Assembly (NCBI GenBank): GCA_038251135.1
Contig: JBBSBR010000001.1
Location: 512 to 64,511 of the forward strand
Length of the DNA stretch: 64,000 nt
Source of the DNA: Candidatus Saccharimonadia bacterium
GTDB lineage: Bacteria; Patescibacteriota; Saccharimonadia; UBA4664
Direction of reading: 5' to 3'
In this document: positions 19,248-29,160 of the stretch, one piece after another
How positions within the stretch are numbered: position 1 is the stretch's first letter
How the letters are laid out: each line of letters opens with the position of its first letter
Notes under the pieces: model-generated
Told to the model about the DNA's origin: nothing
What the model saw: the letters and a program-made list of their open reading frames with translations, nothing else
Database searches by the model: none
Made by a program: the position numbers and the translations under genes

Positions 19248-20705
19248 CTAACCTTTGATATCGAGATCCGTCTTGGCAATCGTGTCGAACTTGGGAAACA
19301 GCAGCCCGACGCTTGAATCGACCTTGCCGCCCGCAAAGGTAGCCGTAATCTTCTGCGATGTTGCCGGCAGAAACGGTAGGAGCAAAGTCGCGATCTGATC
19401 CAAGTCCGACACGGCGTGGTGCAGGACCAGCAGCAACTGCTCATTATCGACACCCGCAAGCTTCCACGGTTTCTCTTCTTCAAGATAAAGGTTTAAGCCC
19501 TTCACCAGACTCCAGATTTCCTCGAGGGCGCGGTCAAAACGGAAAGCCTCAAGCGCCGCGTAATACGACTTGGCGTCGTGCGAGTGAGGCTCAAGTTCGC
19601 CGCTGATGCCGCCGAAATACTTGATGACCATGGCGGCTACGCGCTGCACCAGGTTGCCGAGTTCGTTGGCGAGATCGGTATTGTAGAGCGTCTCCATACG
19701 GTTCCACGAAAAGTCACCGTCGCCGTCGGCCGGTATCTCGCGCAGCAGGTAGTAACGCAGAGCGTCGACATTGTACTTATCTACGACATCGCGGGGACTG
19801 ACGACGTTGCCGAGCGATTTACTCATCTTGTGACCTTCGCTGGTAATAAAACCGTGGACGTAGAGCGTTGAAGGCAGCGGAAGCTCAGCCGACATCAGCA
19901 TGGCGGGCCAAATGGCAGCGTGGTGGCGCAGGATGTCCTTGCCTATAATCTGTACGTCGGCTGGCCAGAACTTGGCAAGCTTATCGCTCTTGGGGTAACC
20001 GAGAGCCGTAATGTAGTTGGCCAGAGCGTCAAACCACACGTACATCACCTGCTGAGGATCGCCGGGAACCTCGATTCCCCATTTGAGCTGCTTGATGTCG
20101 CGGGAGATACTCACGTCCTCGAGCCCGCGCTCCAGCAACGCCAATATCTCATTCTTACGCGACAGCGGCCGAACCTGGAATTTATCCGATGCGATCAGGG
20201 TCTTGATGGCGCCCGTGTAGGCGGAGAGCTTAAAAAAGTAATTCTCTTCCTCGATCTCTTCGAGCTTGGTTTTGTGGATCGGGCAAATATGATCCGGTAC
20301 GTCGATGTCGGTATAGAATGTCTCGCAGCCCACGCAGTACCAACCCTTATAGGCGGCCTTGTAGATGTCTTTAGCACAGGCTTTCCAGAGGACCTGGGCG
20401 GCCTTCTTGTGCCCGGCATCGCTGGTGCGGATAAACTGATCGTTCGTAACGTTGAGCATTACGGCCAGATCACGAAACTGCTCGCTCATGTTGTCGACGT
20501 AGAGCTGAGGAGTCAGTTTGGCCTCATCGGCAGCCCGCGAAATCTTGATGCCGTGCTCGTCCGTTCCGGTAAGGTACCAGACTTCATCTCCCCGCTGGCG
20601 GTGGATACGGGCCAAGACATCGCCCTGAACCAGCTCCATGGCATAGCCGATATGCGGCGGTGCATTGGTATAAGCGATGGAGGTTGTTACGAAAAATTTG
20701 GACAT
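19248..20705 (-). CDS. metG: Methionine--tRNA ligase (compact form).
   Basis: HIGY (HIGH-like) motif in TSIAYTNAPPHIGYAM and KMSKS motif HKMSKSLGN. Confidence 0.9.
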   Translation of the reverse strand: MSKFFVTTSIAYTNAPPHIGYAMELVQGDVLARIHRQRGDEVWYLTGTDEHGIKISRAADEAKLTPQLYVDNMSEQFRDLAVMLNVTNDQFIRTSDAGHKKAAQVLWKACAKDIYKAAYKGWYCVGCETFYTDIDVPDHICPIHKTKLEEIEEENYFFKLSAYTGAIKTLIASDKFQVRPLSRKNEILALLERGLEDVSISRDIKQLKWGIEVPGDPQQVMYVWFDALANYITALGYPKSDKLAKFWPADVQIIGKDILRHHAAIWPAMLMSAELPLPSTLYVHGFITSEGHKMSKSLGNVVSPRDVVDKYNVDALRYYLLREIPADGDGDFSWNRMETLYNTDLANELGNLVQRVAAMVIKYFGGISGELEPHSHDAKSYYAALEAFRFDRALEEIWSLVKGLNLYLEEEKPWKLAGVDNEQLLLVLHHAVSDLDQIATLLLPFLPATSQKITATFAGGKVDSSVGLLFPKFDTIAKTDLDIKG

Positions 20706-20761
20706 GTCGGGCGCCTCTTAACTTGGGCAATCGTACCATGCGCAGCTCTCCCTCACCAAGT

Positions 20762-21580
20762 CTAGGCCGGAAGCTGGCCTTTCGATTTCTTATGACGGCG
20801 GCCGAAGGTCTTGGCGAGAAAGTGAACAGCCGCCAGCAAAATCGCCAACCCCAGAGAAACGGCCGCCGACACCCACAGCGCATGGGCTTGATCTTGGGCG
20901 ACTCGTTCGGTGAGCGGTTTTACGGCCGGGGTCAGGAGCTTCCAGACGGAAGTATCGAGTGCCGAGGCTATGAGTTGCGGAGGTGAGTAGGCGAGCACGC
21001 CCAGGATGCCCAATAGCACCGCCGCCAGAGCAAATGATCCGGCCAGCACCGACCAGCGACGGTGGGGGCTGACAATGAATATCAGAGCCGCCAGTACCAA
21101 GCTCACCAGCGGTCCGAGCCAAAGAGCCTGCGCACCCCGCGCAGACGCGGCCTTGAGTATCTCGTCAAACTTGCCGGCGCTCAGGGTGGTCGGTGTCTCT
21201 ATGAAGCTTTTGAGTTTTGGCGGAACGGGCAAGCCGGCGTTGGTTATACCAGCTTCGAGGTCCCGCAAGTCAAGTTGCGGCTGTTGACCCGTACCGCGGA
21301 AATAATCGAGCATCTGGGGAGTCAGCGTGTCCAGCTGGCCCTGAAGATAGGCCGGCGTTAGGGCCTCCTTCATGGCAAGTCGGGTTTCCTCGGACTCACC
21401 GGTAACTTGTACTGCCACGTCCGGCAGCACGTTCGCCAGCGTGTCGGCCAAGTTCGCATCGTGCATTTGGGTCGTGAGGTACGTCGCACTCCAAACAGTC
21501 TGATTCAATACCCAAGCCTGAACGGCGACAGCCAGACTAATCGCCAGCAGAAGGCCAAGAAACTTCCCAATCCATTTCAT
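20762..21580 (-). CDS. Hypothetical membrane protein.
   Basis: N-terminal and C-terminal hydrophobic helices. No known domain. Confidence 0.45.
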   Translation of the reverse strand: MKWIGKFLGLLLAISLAVAVQAWVLNQTVWSATYLTTQMHDANLADTLANVLPDVAVQVTGESEETRLAMKEALTPAYLQGQLDTLTPQMLDYFRGTGQQPQLDLRDLEAGITNAGLPVPPKLKSFIETPTTLSAGKFDEILKAASARGAQALWLGPLVSLVLAALIFIVSPHRRWSVLAGSFALAAVLLGILGVLAYSPPQLIASALDTSVWKLLTPAVKPLTERVAQDQAHALWVSAAVSLGLAILLAAVHFLAKTFGRRHKKSKGQLPA

Positions 21581-22408
21581 CTAGATAATGTCCTCAGCGA
21601 TGGCCAGGTCGTAGAGTCGGTGCCAGTCGTCCAGACTTAACTCCTGAGCACGGGACGTCGACTCAAGTCTGGCGCGAATAATTAAATCGACCGCGAGATC
21701 ACCGGATAAATTTAACCCGCCCGCCAGAGCATTCTTGAGCTGCTTACGCTTCTCGCCGAAGCCGGCCTTAATCAAGCGAAAAAGACGTTGCGGGTCGGCC
21801 GGAAAGGCCGGCCCGGTCACTTCCACGCGGACCACGGCCGAATCGACCTTGGGCGCGGGCCAAAACTTATGACGCTCGACGATCGCAACTATCTCGGGCC
21901 GACCATAGTACTGCACCGATAGCCCTAGGACCGATAACTTGCCCGGTTGAGCCGTCAGACGCTCGGCAACCTCTTTTTGGATCAGCACGCTCATCACCGA
22001 GGGTGGATTTGGGCTCTCGATAAACAATCTGAAGATTTTCGAAGTCAGGTAATACGGAATATTGGCGATGACTTTGTAACCGCGGGGCAGTGACTTTGTA
22101 TCAAATTTTAAAATATCCTGCTCGACAACCTCCAAGTTCGCCGGAGCATCCCGCTCCAGCAAGCTCACCAGAATCGCATCGGTCTCGACCGCCACGACCT
22201 TGCCGGCCCGTTCGGTGAGCGGCCGTGTCATCACGCCCAATCCCGGGCCGATCTCGAGCACGGTATCTTGAGGCAGCGGACCGGCGGCATCGATAATTGC
22301 CAGGAGGCTCTCGCCGTCTACCAGAAAATGCTGGCCCAATTGTTTGTTTGGACGAATGCCGGCCAGTTTTAAGGCTGTCCGGACATCTTCTACGCGTGAA
22401 AGATCCAT
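21581..22408 (-). CDS. rsmA: 16S rRNA (adenine1518/1519-N6)-dimethyltransferase RsmA/KsgA.
   Basis: LGQHFLVD SAM-binding motif and VLEIGPGLG. Confidence 0.9.
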   Translation of the reverse strand: MDLSRVEDVRTALKLAGIRPNKQLGQHFLVDGESLLAIIDAAGPLPQDTVLEIGPGLGVMTRPLTERAGKVVAVETDAILVSLLERDAPANLEVVEQDILKFDTKSLPRGYKVIANIPYYLTSKIFRLFIESPNPPSVMSVLIQKEVAERLTAQPGKLSVLGLSVQYYGRPEIVAIVERHKFWPAPKVDSAVVRVEVTGPAFPADPQRLFRLIKAGFGEKRKQLKNALAGGLNLSGDLAVDLIIRARLESTSRAQELSLDDWHRLYDLAIAEDII

Positions 22409-22434
22409 GGTGTAAGTGTATCACGGGGTAGGCG

Positions 22435-22484
22435 CCTCCAGGGGATGCTACTGGCGTGAGGGATTAGTTTGTATCCCCTGGGGA
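22435..22484. repeat. Roughly 50-bp palindromic repeat element, intergenic copy, with CCAGGGGATGC / GCATCCCCTGG arms.
   Basis: cctccaggggatgctactggcgtgagggattagtttgtatcccctgggga. About 78% identical to the reverse complement of 26566-26615. Confidence 0.7.
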
Positions 22485-22499
22485 CACAACCTACCTACC

Positions 22500-23738
22500 T
22501 TATTTACAGGCCCAGGGAGCGGTGCCGTACAGGGCCATCTTCTTGGCGGTTATCTGAATTTGGGTCGACCCGTCGAAGATATTGGCATCGGTGCCCCCGG
22601 CTGCGCGCCAGGTTGATGGCAGGTATTGGAAGAGGCCCGTTGCGTGCTCACCGTTAACCGTCGCCGTATTCACAGAAGTTGCGTGTCCATGCGATTCACA
22701 ATTCATAATGCGCAACATCATATTGGGATCTATGCCCCACTGCGCAGCCGCCGCTACCACCTCGGGGCGCCAGTACTCGACCGAACCCATGAAGAACTCC
22801 TTGGTGCCAACGACCTGCACCTTAGGGATCGGGGCGGTCTGGCTCACCAGCTTCACGATCTGGCGGCTCGTTTCGACGCCGTCACGATAATGGATACGGT
22901 ACGTAACGGTCTTTGAGCCGTCGGCCCCCGCTGAGACGACGTTGATGACACCCTTGGCCAGATTCGGATCGGTCGTGCTGGTCGTAGGACGGGGCAGGAC
23001 ACTGGTTTCGGTCGTAATCACCTCGGATACGCGGACGATTGCAACGGCCATGCTCGGCACAATCGCACTATCCAGGGGAGCCGAAACGGTATCCTTGGGC
23101 CCAACGATGATGCCGGCACGCAGAAGCGCATCGTCGAGGCGCTTAGCCTGAGTGCGGATCGACCGAACCTGACCGTCGACTTTAACCGTCAGCGGAGTCG
23201 CCCGACGGATTGTGATCTGCTCGCCGATAGTGCCGTAGCCCACAAAATCCGTGACTACGGAGCTGGTGTATTCGTCTTCGTGGTAGACTTTATATCCGGC
23301 CTGCCCGGCGATCGCTTCGGGGCTCTGCGATGTGCTCCTAACTATTCGCGATTGCGTACCGTCCACGACCAGAACCGGACGGGCGCGATAAACGTTGATA
23401 TTGAACATATTTCCGGCGATGACCGTAGCGGCGTTCGGATCGGTCGTGTCGCCGTCACGCAGGACGATACCGGCACGCTTTAAGAACTCGCCGACAGTGT
23501 GATCATCGGTGGAGATTACATGTTTAGATCCGTCGACATACAACGAGACTAACCGGGCGGAGTCGGCGGAAGCCGAAGGCGCTGGCGGAAACTGTCCCGA
23601 TGTGAGGACGAAACTAAGGATTGCGATGAGAAAAACGATACTGTAGGTGTTGCGCGGGCGGCGTTGCGCCCAACGAAGGAGATTAGATATCGTTTCTGTA
23701 AATGAGCTTAAAATGGGAGTCTCTCTCGTTATCAACAA
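22500..23738 (-). CDS. RpfB/YabE-like secreted protein with DUF348 repeats, a G5 domain and a C-terminal lysozyme-like (Rpf-type) transglycosylase domain.
   Basis: C-terminus IMNCESHGHATSVN...ATGLFQYLPSTW resembles the Rpf transglycosylase domain. A G5-like segment precedes it. N-terminal TM anchor. Confidence 0.7.
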   Translation of the reverse strand: MLITRETPILSSFTETISNLLRWAQRRPRNTYSIVFLIAILSFVLTSGQFPPAPSASADSARLVSLYVDGSKHVISTDDHTVGEFLKRAGIVLRDGDTTDPNAATVIAGNMFNINVYRARPVLVVDGTQSRIVRSTSQSPEAIAGQAGYKVYHEDEYTSSVVTDFVGYGTIGEQITIRRATPLTVKVDGQVRSIRTQAKRLDDALLRAGIIVGPKDTVSAPLDSAIVPSMAVAIVRVSEVITTETSVLPRPTTSTTDPNLAKGVINVVSAGADGSKTVTYRIHYRDGVETSRQIVKLVSQTAPIPKVQVVGTKEFFMGSVEYWRPEVVAAAAQWGIDPNMMLRIMNCESHGHATSVNTATVNGEHATGLFQYLPSTWRAAGGTDANIFDGSTQIQITAKKMALYGTAPWACK

Positions 23739-23813
23739 GGAGGGCTTTGGTTTTTAAGCTTTTGGTTTTATCTCGCTTATGGTATCGCGTTATCTGGAAA
23801 GAGTCAATGTTGA

Positions 23814-24746
23814 CTACTTATTGTGTTCAGTGTCCGCCGAAGAATCTTTGGGTATCACGACATCGCCCGGAGCGGCACCGCGGTCTTCGCTCGAGACGGG
23901 CTCAATCGGCTCGACGGCCGCCGCCGACTCGGTGTTGGTGGCTGCCGAATCCTCGGTATTGGCAACGGTTATTGGCGGTTCGGGGAGCTCTGCCACGCCG
24001 CCGGTTGCAACCGACTGGTCGCTACTAGCAGCCGTTTCGGCTGAACTGCCGGGGATTACGACGGCCGGCTGAACGACAGGTGCGATCTCGACCGGTGCGG
24101 GTTGGGGTCCAGGGCCAGAGCCAAAACCCTGGGGCAGTTTTGGCGCACTAGCGCCAAACCGCCGGTCGAAAACCACTGCCAGTGCCGCTAGGACCAGAAA
24201 CAAACCCGCCAGCAAACCGGCGCTAATCCGCTGGAGATTCGTATCACTGGTGGTTAGGAGGCCGGTAATCGAGACCAACAGCGTAAACCCAGCCCCGGAT
24301 CCAAGTCCATAAACCAACGCCGGTAGCCCGATAAACCCGATGATACTCACGATTCCCAGCAGTGCAAAACCGATGCCAAGCATCGACCGGTAGGTGGTGA
24401 CCCGATCGTTGTACTCCTGATCGGCCTTCAGCTGGTCGGCGTTGGCCTTAATCGCCCGCTCATAGGCGGCGTTCTTCTGGCTGTACGAAGCCAAATCCCG
24501 GGCGTACTGCGCTTTGAGTGAAGCGCACAGTGCCGGGTTTGCAGTTTCATACTTACGGGTTGAGGCGTTATAAGAAATGGAACAGTCCGGACCGTAGGTT
24601 GGATCGCTCGGAGAACTCGGTGATACCGGATAAGGGGTTGGTGTGGAGGTTCGCGTCGGGATAAAAGTTACACCGGCGTAGAGCACAAAGACCGGAAAGA
24701 CGATCGCGATGGCGAGACCCAGAAAAACTTGCGCCGTACGATTCAT
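23814..24746 (-). CDS. Hypothetical membrane protein with a Pro/Ala-rich C-terminal tail.
   Basis: N-terminal TM helix, two central helices, low-complexity Pro-rich C-terminus. Confidence 0.45.
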   Translation of the reverse strand: MNRTAQVFLGLAIAIVFPVFVLYAGVTFIPTRTSTPTPYPVSPSSPSDPTYGPDCSISYNASTRKYETANPALCASLKAQYARDLASYSQKNAAYERAIKANADQLKADQEYNDRVTTYRSMLGIGFALLGIVSIIGFIGLPALVYGLGSGAGFTLLVSITGLLTTSDTNLQRISAGLLAGLFLVLAALAVVFDRRFGASAPKLPQGFGSGPGPQPAPVEIAPVVQPAVVIPGSSAETAASSDQSVATGGVAELPEPPITVANTEDSAATNTESAAAVEPIEPVSSEDRGAAPGDVVIPKDSSADTEHNK

Positions 24747-25262
24747 TTATTTGTGCTCCTTGCTGCTAAAGTAGATGGCCAAACCAATAAGCGCGATGAG
24801 CACGACAAATACCACCAGCAGCGTCGCACCCGAACCAAAATTGGTGAAGATATAGGGTGCGGCAAGCAGAATTGAGGTGATACCGACGGCCATCATCAGA
24901 ATGCTGACCAGTCGGTAGCGCAGCAGCAAGAGGCCGGCAGCCAGCACGGCGAATCCGCCGACGAGGCGTACCGCAAAGATACTGCCCTCGCCCTCCATGC
25001 CCATCAGCCAAGTCGGCAGAATGTAGAGGGCTGATGCCCCGGCGTAAAAGGCGGACGCCAGCAGGACGCCGAGTGTGAGTTGGCGCGGGGTCAGCTCCGT
25101 GACCGATGTGTGCATACCGGTTCCCGATCCTGCCGCGGCTTTCTGCCCGCGATGCGTCACCGCACGCACGATGAGTACGATAATCACGACCGGCAGGGCC
25201 AGACTGAACAGCAAGCCGAAGACGATGTAGAGAATAATGAAGCCGATACTCGATGTGTCCAT
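24747..25262 (-). CDS. Hypothetical polytopic membrane protein.
   Basis: Four or five predicted helices. Stop/start abuts the downstream ORF. Confidence 0.45.
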   Translation of the reverse strand: MDTSSIGFIILYIVFGLLFSLALPVVIIVLIVRAVTHRGQKAAAGSGTGMHTSVTELTPRQLTLGVLLASAFYAGASALYILPTWLMGMEGEGSIFAVRLVGGFAVLAAGLLLLRYRLVSILMMAVGITSILLAAPYIFTNFGSGATLLVVFVVLIALIGLAIYFSSKEHK

Positions 25263-25364
25263 AGCAGTATCGTAGTGATCACGCTTATGCTTGTCAAACT
25301 AATCGCCGTGACGAAGCCAATTTAAGCCATAGATTTCGAAGTCCCGCGGACAGGCCTAGTGGTA

Positions 25365-27728
25365 TTAATCGGCTTTTTTGATCGGTGCGAAAGACAATGA
25401 CAGGCGCTTAGTGCCGATGCCGGAGAAGGTCGCCGTAACCTCGTCGCCGTCAATGGCCGCCACAATTCCCTCGCCAAACTTAGCGTGGGTAATGCGGTCG
25501 CCCGGGGCTAAGTCGAGGCCGAGCAACTCCTCACGGTGCTTGGCGGTATCCTGCACGATGGACGCCGAGTACATCGGTTGAGCGCTCCACGAACCGGCCC
25601 CGGTCGCGTGGCCGGCCGCACCGCCGCCAAAGATTGAGTCGCCGTTGATATTGCCCGAGCGGACGTTCACGCCCCACTCGCTGCCGGCGCCCTGTAATTC
25701 AGGCGGGATTTCGAGGATGAAACGTGAGGGCGGATTGTGATTGGTGCTGCCGTAGAGCAGCCGGGTATTGGCATACAGCAGATACAGCCGCTCTTTGGCG
25801 CGGGTCATACCCACGTAGCAGAGCCGGCGCTCCTCCTCCATCTGCTCGCCGTCGAAGAGCGAACGGGAGTGCGGGAATATCCCCTCCTCCATGCCGGCCA
25901 TGAATACCACCGGAAATTCCAAGCCCTTGGCGGCATGCAGCGTCATCAGGGTAACGGCATCGGTGTCCTGGGAGTAGTTATCGATATCCGAGATTAGCGC
26001 CACCTCCTCCAGAAAGCCTTGGAGAGTCAGCTCGTTGTAGGTTGCGGCGACACTTAAGAGTTCTTTGACGTTTTCAATACGGTCGGCGGCCGTGACGGTG
26101 CCGTCGTCGAGATAGTTGATGTAGCCGGATCGCTTCAATATGAGATCAAGCAAGGGCCCGACGGGCAGCTTCTCGGCCTCACGCCTGAGTCCGTCGATGA
26201 GGATGGCAAAATTCTGCAAGGCGTGGACCGCGCGCACCTGAAGGCCGGGAACCCGGTCGGCATCGCGGAGCGCCTCGAGCAAACTCTGATTATTGAGCCG
26301 CCGATGCGACTCCAGGCGGGACAAGCTCACGTCACCCAGACCTCGCGGGGGGAGGTTGATGATCCGCCCGAAACTCACCAGATCGTCCGGCTGATAGACG
26401 AATCTCAGATAGGCCATAGCGTCCTTGATCTCGCGCCGTTCATAGAAGCGGGTTCCGCCGACGATCTTGTAGGGAATCGCCGCGCGCAGAAACGACTCCT
26501 CAAGCGTCCGGGACTGGGCATTGGTGCGGTAGAGGACGGCAAAATCCGCGAGCGAGCGATTAGTGCCCCCGGGGGATGCAACTAATCCCAAAACGCTGGC
26601 AGCATCCCCTGGGGACCCTGCCAGCTCTTGGATCGTCCGGGTAATCGTCTCCCCCTCCTGGATCTCGTTATAGACGTTGATTACCCCGACGCCCTCACCG
26701 GCTCCGGCCTCGGTCCAGAGTTGCTTGTCCGATCTCACGCGGTTCTTACTGATTATGGCGTGGGCGCTGTCGAGAATGTTCTTGGTCGAACGGTAATTCT
26801 GCTCGAGCTTCACGACGGTCGCCGCGGGATAGTCCTTCTCAAAGTCGAGGATATTCTGGAAATTGGCTCCGCGCCAGCTGTAGATACTCTGCCAGTCGTC
26901 GCCGACCACGCAGAGATTATTGTGGCCGGCGGCCAGCAATTTCGTCACCTGGTACTGTGCATGGTTAGTGTCCTGATACTCGTCGACCATGATGTATTGG
27001 AATCGCTGCTGATATTTGGCGAGGATCTCGGGGTGCTGCTTAAACATCTGCACCGTATAGAAGATTATATCGTCGAAATCAACCGCCCCGGCCTCCTTGA
27101 GGATGCCCTGATAGACCGGATAGACGGTCGCCGCGGCCTGCTGGGCGCGGCCCGAGGCGAGTTTAGAATAATTCTGCGGTCCGATAAGTTCGTTCTTGGC
27201 GCTCGATATGAGCCCGGCAATGGAATTGGGCGTGAACTGCTTATCGTCGATGCCGGTGTTGCGGATGGCCCGCTTAATGGCCGACATTGAGTCGGCAGCG
27301 TCAAAAATCAGGAAGTTGCTCGGCAGCCCAATCTCGGAAGACTCGTTTCTGAGCAAGCGCAAACAGGTTGCGTGAAAGGTGCCGATGTACGGAAAGTAGC
27401 TGCGGTTCTCGGGGCTGAGGCCGAGCAGTTTCAGGACCCGGCCGCGCATCTCGCCGGCGGCCTTGTTGGTGAACGTCACGGCCAGGATGCTTGCCGGCTC
27501 AACCTGGCGCTCAGCGACCAAATACGCGATCCGGTGAGTGAGCGCCTTGGTCTTGCCCGAACCGGCGCCAGCCAAAATTAGAACCGGGCCCTCAGTCGTG
27601 GTGGCGGCGGTTCGTTGTGGCTCATTGAGGTCGGCTAGGAGTGGGTGCACTAGGTATAATTTTAACTCATGCCGAGTCTGCTCGCCAGATCTGTACATCC
27701 CACAAAAGGGTTGCCAAATAGCGCGCAA
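25365..27728 (-). CDS. uvrD: ATP-dependent DNA helicase UvrD/PcrA. The true start is probably downstream of the ORF-track start. It contains an in-frame copy of the palindromic repeat.
   Basis: Walker A AGAGSGKT. LYRTNAQSR motif IV region. C-terminal UvrD_C and Tudor-like tail. Confidence 0.85.
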   Translation of the reverse strand: MRAIWQPFCGMYRSGEQTRHELKLYLVHPLLADLNEPQRTAATTTEGPVLILAGAGSGKTKALTHRIAYLVAERQVEPASILAVTFTNKAAGEMRGRVLKLLGLSPENRSYFPYIGTFHATCLRLLRNESSEIGLPSNFLIFDAADSMSAIKRAIRNTGIDDKQFTPNSIAGLISSAKNELIGPQNYSKLASGRAQQAAATVYPVYQGILKEAGAVDFDDIIFYTVQMFKQHPEILAKYQQRFQYIMVDEYQDTNHAQYQVTKLLAAGHNNLCVVGDDWQSIYSWRGANFQNILDFEKDYPAATVVKLEQNYRSTKNILDSAHAIISKNRVRSDKQLWTEAGAGEGVGVINVYNEIQEGETITRTIQELAGSPGDAASVLGLVASPGGTNRSLADFAVLYRTNAQSRTLEESFLRAAIPYKIVGGTRFYERREIKDAMAYLRFVYQPDDLVSFGRIINLPPRGLGDVSLSRLESHRRLNNQSLLEALRDADRVPGLQVRAVHALQNFAILIDGLRREAEKLPVGPLLDLILKRSGYINYLDDGTVTAADRIENVKELLSVAATYNELTLQGFLEEVALISDIDNYSQDTDAVTLMTLHAAKGLEFPVVFMAGMEEGIFPHSRSLFDGEQMEEERRLCYVGMTRAKERLYLLYANTRLLYGSTNHNPPSRFILEIPPELQGAGSEWGVNVRSGNINGDSIFGGGAAGHATGAGSWSAQPMYSASIVQDTAKHREELLGLDLAPGDRITHAKFGEGIVAAIDGDEVTATFSGIGTKRLSLSFAPIKKAD
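26566..26615. repeat. Second copy of the roughly 50-bp palindromic repeat. It sits in-frame inside uvrD and encodes GSPGDAASVLGLVASPGG.
   Basis: cccccgggggatgcaactaatcccaaaacgctggcagcatcccctgggga. Its reverse complement aligns to 22435-22484 at about 43 of 55 positions. Confidence 0.7.
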
Positions 27729-27869
27729 ATAAGCTACGGTGAAAAAGTTAGGTGGTACCTAGCGCGCGTAATTGGCTAAGAAAGTCTGCTCGCCCGTGAC
27801 GATCCGATCGTCGGCATGCTTTTCGAGCCAAAACGCACAACCATTCGACACCCGTCCCGGAGGTGCAAC

Positions 27870-28202
27870 ATGGCAAAACTCTCCATCCTCGACCGAATCA
27901 AGCCCGTTCGGTTGCGCGATCTGTCGGAGCTCAGTCAGATCTCCAGCATGCACGCTTCGGTGATCATCCTGCGGCGCTGCGACCGGGCGCCCGACGGCTC
28001 AGCCGTACCGCGCCGACCCTTGGTTTACCGCCTCGGACAACGGCCCATTCTACTCATGAGAGCACAGCGCGTCCGCACGGGGCTTGTCAAGTTCGAAATC
28101 ATCGACTTTGACACCCATCAACCGCTGCCGGCCAAGATCGTAGAATGCCGGCCCGATGCTCTGCCGACATGGTTTACGATCAGCCCGCTGCCGGCCTCCT
28201 AA
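27870..28202 (+). CDS. Hypothetical small protein.
   Basis: GGAGGTG Shine-Dalgarno 6 nt before ATG at 27870. No known domain. Confidence 0.4.
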   Translation: MAKLSILDRIKPVRLRDLSELSQISSMHASVIILRRCDRAPDGSAVPRRPLVYRLGQRPILLMRAQRVRTGLVKFEIIDFDTHQPLPAKIVECRPDALPTWFTISPLPAS

Positions 28203-28261
28203 CCAACAGCGCCCGGAACTCTCTGTCTGCCAGAGAGTTCCGGGCTTATACTTTGCCGATT

Positions 28262-29128
28262 TTATTTAACGTCGAGGCAGTAAGGTTGGTTGCCGGCTTC
28301 GAGCTGCAAGGTCAGTGAAACGTAACGGGTCCCGGTCGCTCCCGGCGTAATACCTGGACCGCCGCACTGACCGCCGGCGTGGTAGTAGATCTGTCCGAGA
28401 CCGCTGACCGCTGCGGTTTGAACCACGTAAGCGGCATTGGTGGTTGGATCTTTGGCCGCAACGGCTACCGCCGGGGGTTGTACCGGATAGAAACCATTGA
28501 CGGCTTGCGCCCGGTAGGCCGTTACGTAACTGGCCAAATCGGTCTGGCGCTGATTGTCCCTAGCGGTGGCGTCCGCCGCCGTACCGGGTGCAACGCTAGC
28601 CGCCGGGCTTGGACTGACCACCGGTGATGAGCTGGGGCTGGGCGAGTCGCTCACTTCAGGGGTGGGGGCCGGAACAGGCGTGTTTACGACCGGGTGAGAC
28701 AACGGACTGCCCGAGGTCATGAATAACCAATAACCCACGCCGCCCAGAATTATTGCCAGTGCCACTACCAGAAGTGTCCAGCGTCCGGCTCTGGGATGCG
28801 GATGCGTCTCGGGGGTGACGGGCGCGAGGGTCTTCGGTGCCGTAACGGCAGGAGCGGGTTGGACGTCACCTACCGGCGCGTCGGGGGCTGATTTAGTAGT
28901 AACCCCGGTTTCAGGCGTAGTTGTCGGCTCGGTTGCGGTTGCCGACGCGGAAACTGCCGGCGGCTCCTCGGTCTCGGTTTGAGGTTTTTCAGTCTGGGCG
29001 GCTTTGGTCTCGGCCGGAGGCGTTAGCGCGACCTCCGACGGTTTAACATTTTCGGTGTGACCGCAGTTTGCACACAGCCACCCGACTTTGGACTGAACCA
29101 TCTCCTGCTGACATTCACTGCACCTCAT
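28262..29128 (-). CDS. Zinc-ribbon membrane protein. N-terminal CxxC...CxxC, then a Pro/Thr/Ala low-complexity region, a TM helix and an extracellular domain.
   Basis: MRCSECQQEMVQSKVGWLCANCGH zinc ribbon. One TM helix (WTLLVVALAIILGGVGYWLF). Confidence 0.5.
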   Translation of the reverse strand: MRCSECQQEMVQSKVGWLCANCGHTENVKPSEVALTPPAETKAAQTEKPQTETEEPPAVSASATATEPTTTPETGVTTKSAPDAPVGDVQPAPAVTAPKTLAPVTPETHPHPRAGRWTLLVVALAIILGGVGYWLFMTSGSPLSHPVVNTPVPAPTPEVSDSPSPSSSPVVSPSPAASVAPGTAADATARDNQRQTDLASYVTAYRAQAVNGFYPVQPPAVAVAAKDPTTNAAYVVQTAAVSGLGQIYYHAGGQCGGPGITPGATGTRYVSLTLQLEAGNQPYCLDVK

Positions 29129-29160
29129 ATTGGTCTTAGTGTATCAGCTTTATGCTTATG

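Noticed and set aside
19920-20765. 281-aa plus-strand ORF.
   Set aside because: Antisense to metG.
26628-27290. 220-aa plus-strand ORF.
   Set aside because: Antisense to uvrD.
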